Assembly: GCA_046290465.1 (NCBI GenBank) | Contig: JBKAGP010000001.1 | Coordinates: 64,001 to 128,000 of the forward strand | Direction: 5' to 3' | Length of the DNA stretch: 64,000 bases | From: Planctomycetota bacterium | Lineage (GTDB): Bacteria > Planctomycetota > UBA1135 > UBA2386 | Shown: positions 52,658 through 62,366 of the stretch, in pieces | Layout of the letters: each line of letters begins with the position of its first letter | Numbering within the stretch: the first letter of the stretch is position 1 | The notes under the pieces: model-generated | Seen by the model: only the letters and a program-made list of their open reading frames with translations | Database searches by the model: none | Told to the model about the DNA's origin: nothing | Translations under genes and position numbers: made by a program

Positions 52658-55600
52658 ATGCACAGCTCCCCGATGCTCGGTTGTCTGCGTCTGACGGTGT
52701 TGCTGTCGCTGCTCGCCCTGATCGGGCGCACCGCGACCGCGCAGCAGCCGGGCCGCCGTCTGCAGGTGATGTTCTTCGGTGCGCCGACGGCCAACCACGC
52801 CGGTCACGATCCGATCACGCGCTACCGCGTGCTCAAGCAGGCGCTCGGCGTCGACGGCATCGACCTGACCTATGTCGAGGATCCGGCGGTCGCGCTGCGC
52901 GCTGCGTGGCTCGACCAGTTCGACGCGGTGCTGATGTACGGCAACTGGAACCAGCACACGCCGATGAAGCGCGAGCAGCTGACCGCGCTGTTGCGCTACG
53001 TCGACGGCGGCGGCGGCTTCGTGCCGGTGCACTGCGCGTCGGCGTGCTTCGGCGGCTCGCCGCTGTTCGTCAAGCTGGTCGGCGGGCGGTTCGCGCGCCA
53101 CGGTGGCGAGGAGTTCGCGGTCGACAACGTCGCCGTGGACCACGAGATCCTGCGCGGGCTCGAACCGTTCCGGGCGTGGGACGAGACCTACGAGCACGAC
53201 TCGCTGGCAGACGACCGGCAGGTGCTGCAGACCAGGGACGGCGAGCCGTGGACGTGGCTGCGCCGGCAGGGCAAGGGCCGGGTGTTCTACACGGCGAGCG
53301 GGCACGACCACCGGGTCTGGGACCTGCCGCAGTTCCACCAGCTGCTGCGGCGCGGGATCCTGTGGTCGGTCGGCGATCGGCGCGAGCTGCTGCAGCGCCT
53401 GGAGCTGCCGCAGCTCGAGACCGAGCAGGTGTCGCTGCCGGGCTACCGGCGACGCGAGGAGATCACGGTGGCGCAGAAGCCGCTGTCGCCGGCCGAGTCG
53501 CAGAAGCTCGCGCAGGTGCCGGTCTCGATGACGCTGCAGCTGTTCGCCAGCGAGCCTGACATCGTCAACCCGATCTGCGTGGCCTGGGACCACCGCGGTC
53601 GCGCGTTCGTGATCGAGACGATCGACTACCCGAACAACCTGCAGCGGGGCGAGCACGGCCACGACCGCATCACCATCTGCGAGGACACCGACGGCGACGG
53701 ACGCGCCGACCGGTTCACGCGGTTCGCCGACCAGCTGTCGATTCCGACCTCGCTGTGCTTCGCCGAGGGCGGCGTGCTGTGCACCAACGGCCGCGACCTG
53801 CTGTTCCTGCAGGACACCGACGGAGACGACCGCGCCGACGTGCGCGAGGTGCTGTTCTCGGGCTTCCACATGGGCGACACCCACGCCGGCGTGTCGAACC
53901 TGCGCTACGGCTTCGACGGCTGGATCTACGCGACGGTCGGCTACTCGGGCTTCACCGGCGAGGTCGGCGGCGTGCCGCACGACTTCTCGCAGGCGGTGTT
54001 CCGGTTCTTGCCGGACGGCTCGGCGCTGGAGGTGCTGCAGGGCACCACCAACAACACCTGGGGGCTCGGCTTCACCGAGTCGTTCGACGTGCTCGGTTCG
54101 ACCGCCAACGGCAACCCGAGCTTCTACCTGAGCCATGCGCGCAAGGCCTACGAGCGCTGCGACCTGGAGCAGCCGCGCACGCCGCCGGCCGATCGCAACC
54201 CGAAGTTCTTCCCGTCGTCCCAGGACATCCGCCAGGTCGACCAGTTCGATCGCTTCACGGCCGGCGCGGGGCACGCGTTCTACACCGCGCGGCGGCTGCC
54301 GGACGAATACCACGACCGGGTGGCGTTCGTCTGCGGCCCGACCGGCAAGCTGGTCGGCAGCTTCACGGTCGAGCGGCGCGGCGCGGGCTTCCGCGCCGAG
54401 CTGTCGCCGAACAACCTGTTCTGTTCTGCCGACGCGTGGTCGAGTCCGGTCTGCGCCGAGGTCGGCCCGGACGGCGCGGTGTGGATCTGCGACTGGTACA
54501 ACCTGATCATCCAGCACAACCCGACGCCGAGCGTGCGCTCGGCCGGGATCGCGGCGAAGACCGGCCGGGGCAACGCCTACGAGACGCCGCTGCGCGACAA
54601 GCAGCACGGCCGCATCTGGCGGGTGTTCCCGACCGGCAGCGCCGACGACGAGGCGCCGCAGCTCGACCCCGACGACCCGGCGACGCTGCTCGCCGGCCTG
54701 TCGCACGACAACCTGCTGTGGCGGCTGCACGCGCAGCGGCTGCTGTTCGAGTTCGGCGACGACGTCAGCGAGCAGCTCGAACCGCTGGTCGCGGCTGGCG
54801 GCACGGCGGCGCCGCACGCGCTGCAGCTGCTGGCGCAGCTGCAGCTGCAGTCACCGGCCGTCGTCGAGGCGGCGCTGCGCAGCCGCAGCGAGGCGGTGCG
54901 CCGCACGGCGATCGCGCTCGCCGACGTCGACGCGATCAAGCGCCGTTACGTGCGTGACGGCACCATCGACGCGCAAGGCCGCGAACTCGCCGAGGTGCTG
55001 GTGGCGCTGACGATGGCGGCGGCCGATCCGGAGATCGGCGCGGCGATCTACCAGGTCGGCAAGCGCGGCGGCGATGCCCTGCTCGACGAGACCGCGATGC
55101 GCGACGCCTGGAACATGGCGGCCAACCGGCAGGCGGTGACGGTGCTGGCGGCGGCCGAGGTCGACGGGGTGACGTTCGCCGAGCCGGCGCCACCGACCAA
55201 CCTGCTGCCCAACCCGGGCTTCGAGCAGGTCGTCGACGGCGCGCCGGCCGCCTGGACCGACCTGCGTCGCTACAGCGGTGCCGCGCCCGAACGGGTGACG
55301 GTGCGTTCGAGTGATCACGGGCGCAACGGCGGCCGCTGCCTCGAACTGCGCTGCGACGCGTTCATCGACGCGGGCCTTGCGTGCACGGTCGAGGTCGAGC
55401 CGGGCACGCGCTACCGGCTGAGCGCGTGGCTGCGCACCGAGGGCGCGACGCCGCGCGGCAACGCGCCGGGCATGATGATCAACGTGCACGGCGGCCCGCA
55501 CAGCGCCGGCCTGAAGGGCGACCAGGACTGGACCGAGCTGACGGTCGAGTTCGAGGCGACGCGGAGGCGCCACGTCGTGCACTGTCTGTTCGGTGGCTAC

Positions 55601-56128
55601 GGCGGCGCCCGGGGCACGGCGTTCTACGACGACGTCTCGCTGGTCGCGATCGGCAACCAGAACACGTTCGCCGGCGCGCTGCGCGCGCTGCACCAGGGGG
55701 ACCTCGGCGACCGGCCGGCCGAGCCGATCGTGCGGCAGCACCAGCCCGATCCGGCGGTGCACGCGCGCGGCAAGCAGGTGTTCCAGCGGACCTGCATCGC
55801 GTGCCACGGCGTCGACGGCCGCGGCGTGCCCGGCACGTTCCCGCCGCTCGACGGCTCGAGCTTTGTGACCGGCGATCCGGCGGTCGCCGCGCGCATCGTG
55901 CTGCACGGCCTGATGGGCCCGGTCGAGGTCGCCGGCAAGCGCTACCAGAACGTGATGGCGCCGCTCGGCCCGACCCTCGACGACCAGCAGGTCGCCGACG
56001 TGCTGACGCTGGTGCGGCAGAGCTGGAGCAACGACGCGGCGCCGGTGGCTGCCGACGCGGTGCGCCGCGTGCGCGAGCAGCACCAGGACCGCGTGCAGAT
56101 GTGGACCGCCGCCGAGCTGGCGCGCTGA
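52658..56128 (+). CDS. PVC-type membrane-bound dehydrogenase-like protein: ThuA + beta-propeller + HEAT + CBM-like + cytochrome c
   Basis: ThuA (GGGFVPVHCAS, GRVFYTASGHD), FASEPDIVNP, DTDGDGRAD, GPDGAVW..DWYN, NLLPNPGFE, CIACH. Confidence 0.88.
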   Translation: MHSSPMLGCLRLTVLLSLLALIGRTATAQQPGRRLQVMFFGAPTANHAGHDPITRYRVLKQALGVDGIDLTYVEDPAVALRAAWLDQFDAVLMYGNWNQHTPMKREQLTALLRYVDGGGGFVPVHCASACFGGSPLFVKLVGGRFARHGGEEFAVDNVAVDHEILRGLEPFRAWDETYEHDSLADDRQVLQTRDGEPWTWLRRQGKGRVFYTASGHDHRVWDLPQFHQLLRRGILWSVGDRRELLQRLELPQLETEQVSLPGYRRREEITVAQKPLSPAESQKLAQVPVSMTLQLFASEPDIVNPICVAWDHRGRAFVIETIDYPNNLQRGEHGHDRITICEDTDGDGRADRFTRFADQLSIPTSLCFAEGGVLCTNGRDLLFLQDTDGDDRADVREVLFSGFHMGDTHAGVSNLRYGFDGWIYATVGYSGFTGEVGGVPHDFSQAVFRFLPDGSALEVLQGTTNNTWGLGFTESFDVLGSTANGNPSFYLSHARKAYERCDLEQPRTPPADRNPKFFPSSQDIRQVDQFDRFTAGAGHAFYTARRLPDEYHDRVAFVCGPTGKLVGSFTVERRGAGFRAELSPNNLFCSADAWSSPVCAEVGPDGAVWICDWYNLIIQHNPTPSVRSAGIAAKTGRGNAYETPLRDKQHGRIWRVFPTGSADDEAPQLDPDDPATLLAGLSHDNLLWRLHAQRLLFEFGDDVSEQLEPLVAAGGTAAPHALQLLAQLQLQSPAVVEAALRSRSEAVRRTAIALADVDAIKRRYVRDGTIDAQGRELAEVLVALTMAAADPEIGAAIYQVGKRGGDALLDETAMRDAWNMAANRQAVTVLAAAEVDGVTFAEPAPPTNLLPNPGFEQVVDGAPAAWTDLRRYSGAAPERVTVRSSDHGRNGGRCLELRCDAFIDAGLACTVEVEPGTRYRLSAWLRTEGATPRGNAPGMMINVHGGPHSAGLKGDQDWTELTVEFEATRRRHVVHCLFGGYGGARGTAFYDDVSLVAIGNQNTFAGALRALHQGDLGDRPAEPIVRQHQPDPAVHARGKQVFQRTCIACHGVDGRGVPGTFPPLDGSSFVTGDPAVAARIVLHGLMGPVEVAGKRYQNVMAPLGPTLDDQQVADVLTLVRQSWSNDAAPVAADAVRRVREQHQDRVQMWTAAELAR

Positions 56129-56164
56129 TTCTCAGGACCTTCCTTCGTTCGTCGCAACCGACCC

Positions 56165-57286
56165 ATGACCAAGTTCCGCGCCGCCCTCGTCGGCCTCGGC
56201 TTCGGCGCCGAGTTCCTGCCGATCTACCAGCGCCACCCCAACGCCGAGCTGTTCGCGATCTGCCAGCGCAACCGCGAATCGCTCGACCAGCTCGGCGACG
56301 CGTTCGGCATCGAGCGCCGCTACACCGACTACGCGGACCTGCTGAAGGATCCGGACGTCGACTTCGTGCACATCAACACGCCGATCCCCGACCACGCCGA
56401 GATGTCGATCGCGGCGCTCGAGGCCGGCAAGCACGTCGCCTGCACCGTGCCGATGGCGACCAGCGTCGAGGACTGTCGGCGCATCGTCGAGCTGTGCGAA
56501 CGCACCGGGCTCAAGTACATGATGATGGAGACCGTCGTCTTCTCGCGCGAGTTCCTCTACGTGAAGGAGCTCTACGAGAACGGCGACCTCGGCAAGCTGC
56601 AGTTCTTGCAGGCGAGCCACCAGCAGGACATGGACGGTTGGCCGGGCTATTGGCCGGGGCTGCCGCCGATGCACTATGCGACGCACTGCGTCGGTCCGAT
56701 GCTCGGCCTGCCCAAGAAGGACGCCGAGTACGTGTCGTGCTTCGGGTCCGGCACGATCCGCGAGGAGATGATCGGCATCTACGGCTCGCCGTTCGCGGTC
56801 GAGACCGCGCACATCAAGCTCAAGGACAGCGACCTGTCGGCGCGCATCGTGCGTTCGCTGTTCGACACCGCGCGCCAGTACCGCGAGAGCATCGACGTCT
56901 ACGGCAGCAAGCAGGCGTTCGAATGGCCGCTGATCGAGGGCGAGCAGGCGGTGCTGCACACGGCCAAGAAGCCCGAGCACGAAATCCCGGCGCGCGTCGA
57001 CGTGCCCGACTACGCGCACCTGCTGCCCGCTGGCGTGCGCGACTTCACGACCAAGGGCGTCTACGACCTCGCGGGCAACGAGCACCTGTCGTTCACGCAG
57101 GGAGGCGGCCACGGCGGCAGCCACCCGCACCTGGTGCACGAGTTCCTGTCGGCGCTGGTCGAGGACCGCGACCCGTGGCCGAACGCCAGGCAGTCGGCCA
57201 ACTGGACCTGCGTCGGCATCCTGGCGCACGAGTCGGCGATGGCGGGCGGCGTGCGCAAGGACCTGCCGTCATGGAGCCTGAGCTGA
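56165..57286 (+). CDS. Gfo/Idh/MocA family oxidoreductase
   Basis: VGLGFGAEF, TP..DH, AGKHVACTVPMA, HGGSHPHLVHEF. Confidence 0.88.
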   Translation: MTKFRAALVGLGFGAEFLPIYQRHPNAELFAICQRNRESLDQLGDAFGIERRYTDYADLLKDPDVDFVHINTPIPDHAEMSIAALEAGKHVACTVPMATSVEDCRRIVELCERTGLKYMMMETVVFSREFLYVKELYENGDLGKLQFLQASHQQDMDGWPGYWPGLPPMHYATHCVGPMLGLPKKDAEYVSCFGSGTIREEMIGIYGSPFAVETAHIKLKDSDLSARIVRSLFDTARQYRESIDVYGSKQAFEWPLIEGEQAVLHTAKKPEHEIPARVDVPDYAHLLPAGVRDFTTKGVYDLAGNEHLSFTQGGGHGGSHPHLVHEFLSALVEDRDPWPNARQSANWTCVGILAHESAMAGGVRKDLPSWSLS

Positions 57287-57290
57287 ACGC

Positions 57291-58133
57291 ATGCACGACC
57301 GTCTCGGCTTCAGCTTCCTCTACTTCGCGCCGCGCATCACGGCGGTGCACGAGCCGTGGTTCGGCCGACTGCGCGCGCACGGCTACGCCTGCGCCGAGCT
57401 GCCGATCGTCGACGCGTGCGACGACGAGATCGGCTGGCTGCGGCAGGTCTGCGAACGCGAGGGCCTGGCCCGCACCGCGGTCGGCTTCGCGGTGCCGGGC
57501 GCCAACCCGGTGTCGGCCGACTCCGCCGAACGGCAGGCGGCGGTCCGGCACCTGCAGCGTCTCTGTGAGAAGGCGCAGGCGCTCGGCGCCGAGGTCCTGG
57601 CCGGCCCGCTGCACTCGGCCTACGGGGTGTGGACCGAGCAGCCGCCGAGCAGCGACGAGGTGTCGCGCTGCGTCGACGTGCTGCAGCAGGCCGCCGAACA
57701 CGCGCGCCGTCATGGCGTGACGCTGGCGATCGAGCCGCTGAACCGCTTCGAGAGCTACTTCCTGAACACCGCGGCCGACTGCGACGAGCTGGTCCGCGCC
57801 GTCGGCCACCCCAACGTCGTCGGCGCGCTCGACACGCACCATGCGCACCTCGAAGAGGGCGACCTGTGCGCTGCGATCCGGTCGAGTCGGACCACGCTCG
57901 GCCACGTGCAGCTGTCCGAGAACCACCGGGGAACGCCCGGAACGGGGCAGGTTCGGTTCGGCGAGGTCCTGATGGCGCTCGACGAAATCGGGTACCAGGG
58001 ATGGCTCATCGTCGAGGCGTTCTCGCGTCAGGACCCCGGATTCGGTTCGATGTTGCGGATCTGGCGGGCGCTCGACTCCGGTCCCGAGTCGGTGCTCGCC
58101 GCTGGTGCTCGGTTGCTGTCCACTGGCGGCTGA
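57291..58133 (+). CDS. Sugar isomerase/epimerase (D-psicose/D-tagatose 3-epimerase-like TIM barrel)
   Basis: EPLNRFESY, DTHH, HVQLSENHRG.PG.G, VEAF. Confidence 0.88.
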   Translation: MHDRLGFSFLYFAPRITAVHEPWFGRLRAHGYACAELPIVDACDDEIGWLRQVCEREGLARTAVGFAVPGANPVSADSAERQAAVRHLQRLCEKAQALGAEVLAGPLHSAYGVWTEQPPSSDEVSRCVDVLQQAAEHARRHGVTLAIEPLNRFESYFLNTAADCDELVRAVGHPNVVGALDTHHAHLEEGDLCAAIRSSRTTLGHVQLSENHRGTPGTGQVRFGEVLMALDEIGYQGWLIVEAFSRQDPGFGSMLRIWRALDSGPESVLAAGARLLSTGG

Positions 58134-58186
58134 GCCAAAGCCCGGGCCCGGATGGGCCGCACCCGTCTCTCTCCCCGTCGGAACCC

Positions 58187-59776
58187 ATGAACGACCGCAA
58201 CGAGAAGCTCGTCTTCTGGGGCTGCTTCATCGCCCTCATCACCACGTCCTTTGCGTTCATCACGAGGGCGTTCCTCGTCAACATCCCCGACCTGTGGCCG
58301 GCCGAGTTCGGACTCGACCGCGTCCAGGGCCAGGAGCTGTTCGGCGCCGGCATCTGGCCGTTCGCGATCAGCATCATCCTGTTCAGCCTGATCGTCGACC
58401 GGATCGGCTACCGCGCCGCGATGCTGTTCAGCTTCGTGTGCTACGCGATCTATGCGGTACTGGCGCTGCAGGCGTACTCGATCGTCAACGCCGAAGGCCT
58501 CGCGGAGGCGGAGCTCGCGCAGGCGCGCCAGGACGCGTTCGGCTACCTCTACTGGGGCTCGGTCGTGCTCGGCCTCGGCAACGGCACGGTGGAGGCGTTC
58601 ATCAACCCGGTCGTCGCGACGATGTTCAGCCGCGAGAAGACCAAGTGGCTCAACATCCTGCACGCTGGCTGGCCGGGTGGCCTGGTGCTCGGTGGCATCC
58701 TGACGATGCTGCTCGGGGCGCAGGCCGCCGAGGACTGGCGCGTGTTGGTCTACGTGATCGCGCTGCCGGCGGTCGTCTACCTGCTGATGCTGCTGTTCGT
58801 GCGCTTCCCGGTCAACGAACGGGTCGCAGCGGGGGCCTCCTACCGCGAGATGCTGGCCGAGTTCGGCGTCATCGGCGCGGCGATCGCGGGCTTCTTGATC
58901 GTCAAGCAGCTCGGTCTGGCGCTGGGCTGGTCCGACCTCGTCGTCTACATCCTGCTCGCGGTGCTGGTGGTCGGCTACGGCGTCTACTGCCGCGCGCTGG
59001 GCAGGCCGCTGATGATCTTCCTGTGCATCGTGATGATGCCGCTGGCGACAACCGAGCTCGGCACCGACGGTGCCATCACCGGCATCATGGAGGAGCCGTT
59101 GAAGCAGGCCGGCTCGAACCCGCTGTGGGTCCTGATCTACACCTCGGCGATCATGTGTGTGCTGCGCTTCTTCGCGGGCGCGATCGTGCACAAGATCAGC
59201 CCACTGGGTCTGCTCGCGGCGAGTGCTGCGATCGCCTCGGCCGGCCTGCTGGCGCTGTCGGTCAGCGAAGGTCTGTTCGTGATCTTCGCGGCGGCGACCC
59301 TCTACGGCGTCGGCAAGACGTTCTTCTGGCCGACCACGCTCGGCGTGGTGTCCGAGCAGTTCCCGAAGGGCGGCGCGTTGACGCTCAACGCGATCGCCGG
59401 CATCGGCATGCTGACGGTCGGCATCATCGGCGGCCCGCTGATCGGCGAGATGCAGGAGAACAGCGCCAAGGCAGCCCTGCAGGACCAGCTGCCGGGCGTC
59501 TACGAGAAGGTCTCGAAGGACGACACCTACTTCCTCGGTGGCTACACGGCGGTCGACATGGCCGCCGTCGAGGCGCTGCCGAACGCGGAAGAGGTCGGCG
59601 AGATCGTCGAGGACGCCAAGCAGGGGGCGTTGGCGAGCATCACGGTGTTCCCGCTGTTCATGCTGGCCTGCTACATCGCGATGATCCTGTACTTCCGCAG
59701 CCGTGGTGGTTACCGGCCGGTCGAGTTGCGGGGGCAGGACCACGCCGACGAGGAGCACCCGGCAACCGAAGCCTGA
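58187..59776 (+). CDS. MFS sugar transporter
   Basis: About 12 TM helices, DRIGYR loop, GLGNGTVEA..NP, LHAGWPGG. Confidence 0.88.
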   Translation: MNDRNEKLVFWGCFIALITTSFAFITRAFLVNIPDLWPAEFGLDRVQGQELFGAGIWPFAISIILFSLIVDRIGYRAAMLFSFVCYAIYAVLALQAYSIVNAEGLAEAELAQARQDAFGYLYWGSVVLGLGNGTVEAFINPVVATMFSREKTKWLNILHAGWPGGLVLGGILTMLLGAQAAEDWRVLVYVIALPAVVYLLMLLFVRFPVNERVAAGASYREMLAEFGVIGAAIAGFLIVKQLGLALGWSDLVVYILLAVLVVGYGVYCRALGRPLMIFLCIVMMPLATTELGTDGAITGIMEEPLKQAGSNPLWVLIYTSAIMCVLRFFAGAIVHKISPLGLLAASAAIASAGLLALSVSEGLFVIFAAATLYGVGKTFFWPTTLGVVSEQFPKGGALTLNAIAGIGMLTVGIIGGPLIGEMQENSAKAALQDQLPGVYEKVSKDDTYFLGGYTAVDMAAVEALPNAEEVGEIVEDAKQGALASITVFPLFMLACYIAMILYFRSRGGYRPVELRGQDHADEEHPATEA

Positions 59777-59777
59777 C

Positions 59778-60962
59778 CAACTGATCACTTGGCTGTTGGT
59801 CCCGCGGATTCGCTGCCACCGCCAGCGAATGCGGGCCCGGTGTCGTGGCGCATCGCCACGACACCGCATGACCTTCGAGCCACCCCGTTGTCCGCACCAG
59901 GACTGCTCCGCCTTCACGACCCCGCCCCGGCGATTCGCCCGCTGGGGTTCGTTCCGCGCCGCCTGCCGCACCGCGCCGGAGCAGCGCTATCGCTGCCCCG
60001 CCTGCCGTAGAACGTTCTCACGCCAGACGTTCCGTCACGACTACCGCGACCGCAGGCCCGCTACCAACGCCCGCCTGTTCGACCTGCTGACGAGCGGCAT
60101 CGGCCTGCGCCAGGCGGGGCGCCTGCTCGAGCTGTCGTGCTCCGGGGTGCAGCGCAAGATGCGCAAGATCGCCCGCACCTGCGCGGGCCTGCACCGCAAC
60201 CTCTCGCAGCGCCTGCCGTCGGGCGGCGACTACGTGCTCGACGAGGAGGAGACGTACGAAGGCTCGTCGATCCGCACCCTGACGGTGCCGATCCTGATCG
60301 AGCGGAAGTCGTGGTTCCTGGTCGCAGCCGACACGGCGCCGATCCGCCGGCTCGCCCGACGCGGCACGACCCGGCGGGCATGGCAGGACGCCCACGAACA
60401 GCAGCACGGCCGCCGGCCCGACCGCAGCCGCGAGTGCGTCGAAGGCGTGCTGCGCGAGCTCGACCGGCGGTGCACCGGACGGCTCGGGCTACACACCGAC
60501 AAGAAGGCGAGTTACGCGAGGTCGTGCAAGAAGGTGTTCGGCGACCGCGCCACCCACACGACCACGGCCGGCACCGAGGCGCGCACGATCCGCAACCCGC
60601 TGTTCCCGATCAACGCGACGATCGCGATGTCGCGCGACAACTGCGGCCGCCTGCGGCGCAAGTCGTGGCTGGTGTCCAAGGCCGCACGCTGGCTCAAGGC
60701 GCAGCTCGACCTGTTCGCCGTCTACCGCAACTACGTGCGCAAGCGATTCAACCGCGACCATCCGATGCTGGCGTCCGCGGTCGTGCTCGGGTTGCTGCCG
60801 CGCCGGCTGCGGTCGGTCGAGGTGCTGCGCTGGCAGCAGGACTGGGGTCCGCGCAGCATCCATCCGATGAGCCTGAGCGGGACGCGATCGGTTTGAATGC
60901 GGACCAATCTACGCCTCCGCGTGCCACTCGTGCGAGGGCACCAACAGCCAAGTGATCAGCTG
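59778..60962 (+). mobile_element. IS1-related insertion sequence with terminal inverted repeats
   Basis: 20-bp perfect IR CTGATCACTTGGCTGTTGGT at 59781-59800 and 60940-60959 (extendable with mismatches) enclosing one transposase ORF. Confidence 0.78.
59868..60896 (+). CDS. IS1-like transposase (Zn ribbon, HTH, DDE-type core)
   Basis: CPHQDC...QRYRCPACRRTFS, GLRQAGRLL HTH, LDEEET, HTDKKASY, RLRRKSW..SK. Confidence 0.75.
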   Translation: MTFEPPRCPHQDCSAFTTPPRRFARWGSFRAACRTAPEQRYRCPACRRTFSRQTFRHDYRDRRPATNARLFDLLTSGIGLRQAGRLLELSCSGVQRKMRKIARTCAGLHRNLSQRLPSGGDYVLDEEETYEGSSIRTLTVPILIERKSWFLVAADTAPIRRLARRGTTRRAWQDAHEQQHGRRPDRSRECVEGVLRELDRRCTGRLGLHTDKKASYARSCKKVFGDRATHTTTAGTEARTIRNPLFPINATIAMSRDNCGRLRRKSWLVSKAARWLKAQLDLFAVYRNYVRKRFNRDHPMLASAVVLGLLPRRLRSVEVLRWQQDWGPRSIHPMSLSGTRSV

Positions 60963-60964
60963 CC

Positions 60965-61963
60965 CTACTCGCCGCCGTCGAAGCCCTCGGGCAGCTTCTG
61001 CGCCAGCACCCACTCCTTCCACTCCGCCTCGACCTCGTCGATGTCGATGCCCTTGAAAGCGCGCTCGGTGCAGTCCTCGATGTTGCTGTCGTCCTTCACC
61101 AGCTTGATGAAGGTCGGGATGATCTTGCGGTACTTCTTGTTCTTGTGCTCCATCAAGAAGTGGCACATGGCCCAGCCCTGCGCGTAGCAGAGGCCCGGTC
61201 GGCTGTAGTAGTCCCGCTGGCTGTAGCGGATGATCTGCTTCCACGGGACGTGCTGGTTCTGCTTCACCGCGGCCCAGATCGTCGGCAGGCGCTCCTGGTT
61301 GAGCGAGCCGAGCTTGACCTTGGCCTTGCGGCTCTTGGCGTCGTAGGGCGGAACCGCGCAGTAGAAGTAGTCGCCCATGCCTTCGTTGATCCACGACGGC
61401 AGCTGGATCTGCGACACGACGTACCAGTGGAAGTACTGGTGCCAGCCCTCGTGCGACATGACCCCGAGGAAGTCCATCGGCTTGTTGAGCAGCTCTTCGA
61501 GGCGCTCGCGCCGGGTCTTCTTCTTGCCGGTCTCCGGCGCCTCCTTCTTCTCGTCCTGCCAGACGCCGGTGTCGAAGCCGACCAGTTCGCGGTTGGGCGC
61601 CGACATGTAGTAGGCCATCGTGCCGCCGCCGACGCCGCTGTAGCGCTGGAAGCTCTCGCGGTCCTTGAACAGCTTGACCGGCTTCTTGATGAAGCCGTCC
61701 TTACCCGGCGGGAACGTCTTGCGGTAGAGCTTGAACATCTGCTCCATGTGCTCCGCGAGGCGCTCGGCCTTCTCCTTGCCGACCTGCGACTGGATCTGGT
61801 AATGGCGGCTCTCGTGAACGATCCAGCCCTCGGCCCACCGGGACTTGGAGGTCCACTTGCCGGGGTGGATGCGGTCGGCCTGCGCGGTCGCGTGCGCCGA
61901 GGTGAAGGCCAGCGAGATCGCTGCGGCCGTCAGGGTGAGGAAGTGCCGGATATTCGTGCTCAT
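60965..61963 (-). CDS. DUF1570-like secreted zinc metallopeptidase domain protein
   Basis: Signal peptide; HEGWHQ (HExxH), P.WINEGMGDYF, YAQGWAMCHFL. Confidence 0.82.
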   Translation of the reverse strand: MSTNIRHFLTLTAAAISLAFTSAHATAQADRIHPGKWTSKSRWAEGWIVHESRHYQIQSQVGKEKAERLAEHMEQMFKLYRKTFPPGKDGFIKKPVKLFKDRESFQRYSGVGGGTMAYYMSAPNRELVGFDTGVWQDEKKEAPETGKKKTRRERLEELLNKPMDFLGVMSHEGWHQYFHWYVVSQIQLPSWINEGMGDYFYCAVPPYDAKSRKAKVKLGSLNQERLPTIWAAVKQNQHVPWKQIIRYSQRDYYSRPGLCYAQGWAMCHFLMEHKNKKYRKIIPTFIKLVKDDSNIEDCTERAFKGIDIDEVEAEWKEWVLAQKLPEGFDGGE

Positions 61964-62366
61964 CAATGAGGGTGGGCACCGTGGCGCCCGAAGTCTGATT
62001 CTCCAGGCGAGCAGGCTAGCGGCCGTTGTGCGCACGCAAAGCCCCCGCTGGGGGGAAGATGTGTGAAGGTTCCGTACCGGCCTGGGCCGAGGCCGTGGGG
62101 GCGGACCGTCACGATCGGCGACGTGGCCGGTCGGGGCGGCGATCTGTCGGGATTGCGCGGCTGCGAGGCGCACAACGGTCGGCTCGACGCGGTCGACCGG
62201 TAGTCGGATCCCGGCGGTCCTGCCGGTCGCCTCGCGCCGGATCACGCCGGGGATCTGCACCGCCGGGGATCTGCCGGGTTGGGCGGCAAGTGGCCGATCG
62301 CGCCGGGCGGTCGACAGCGGAGCTCCGCCATTTGCAGGACGCCCGGCTTACGTATCGTGGCCGGCG

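Noticed and set aside
61964..62366. Possible cobalamin riboswitch or ncRNA upstream of the B12 radical SAM gene
   Set aside because: No GGGAA/B12-box motifs recognised; only a short inverted 11-mer and a 14-bp direct repeat
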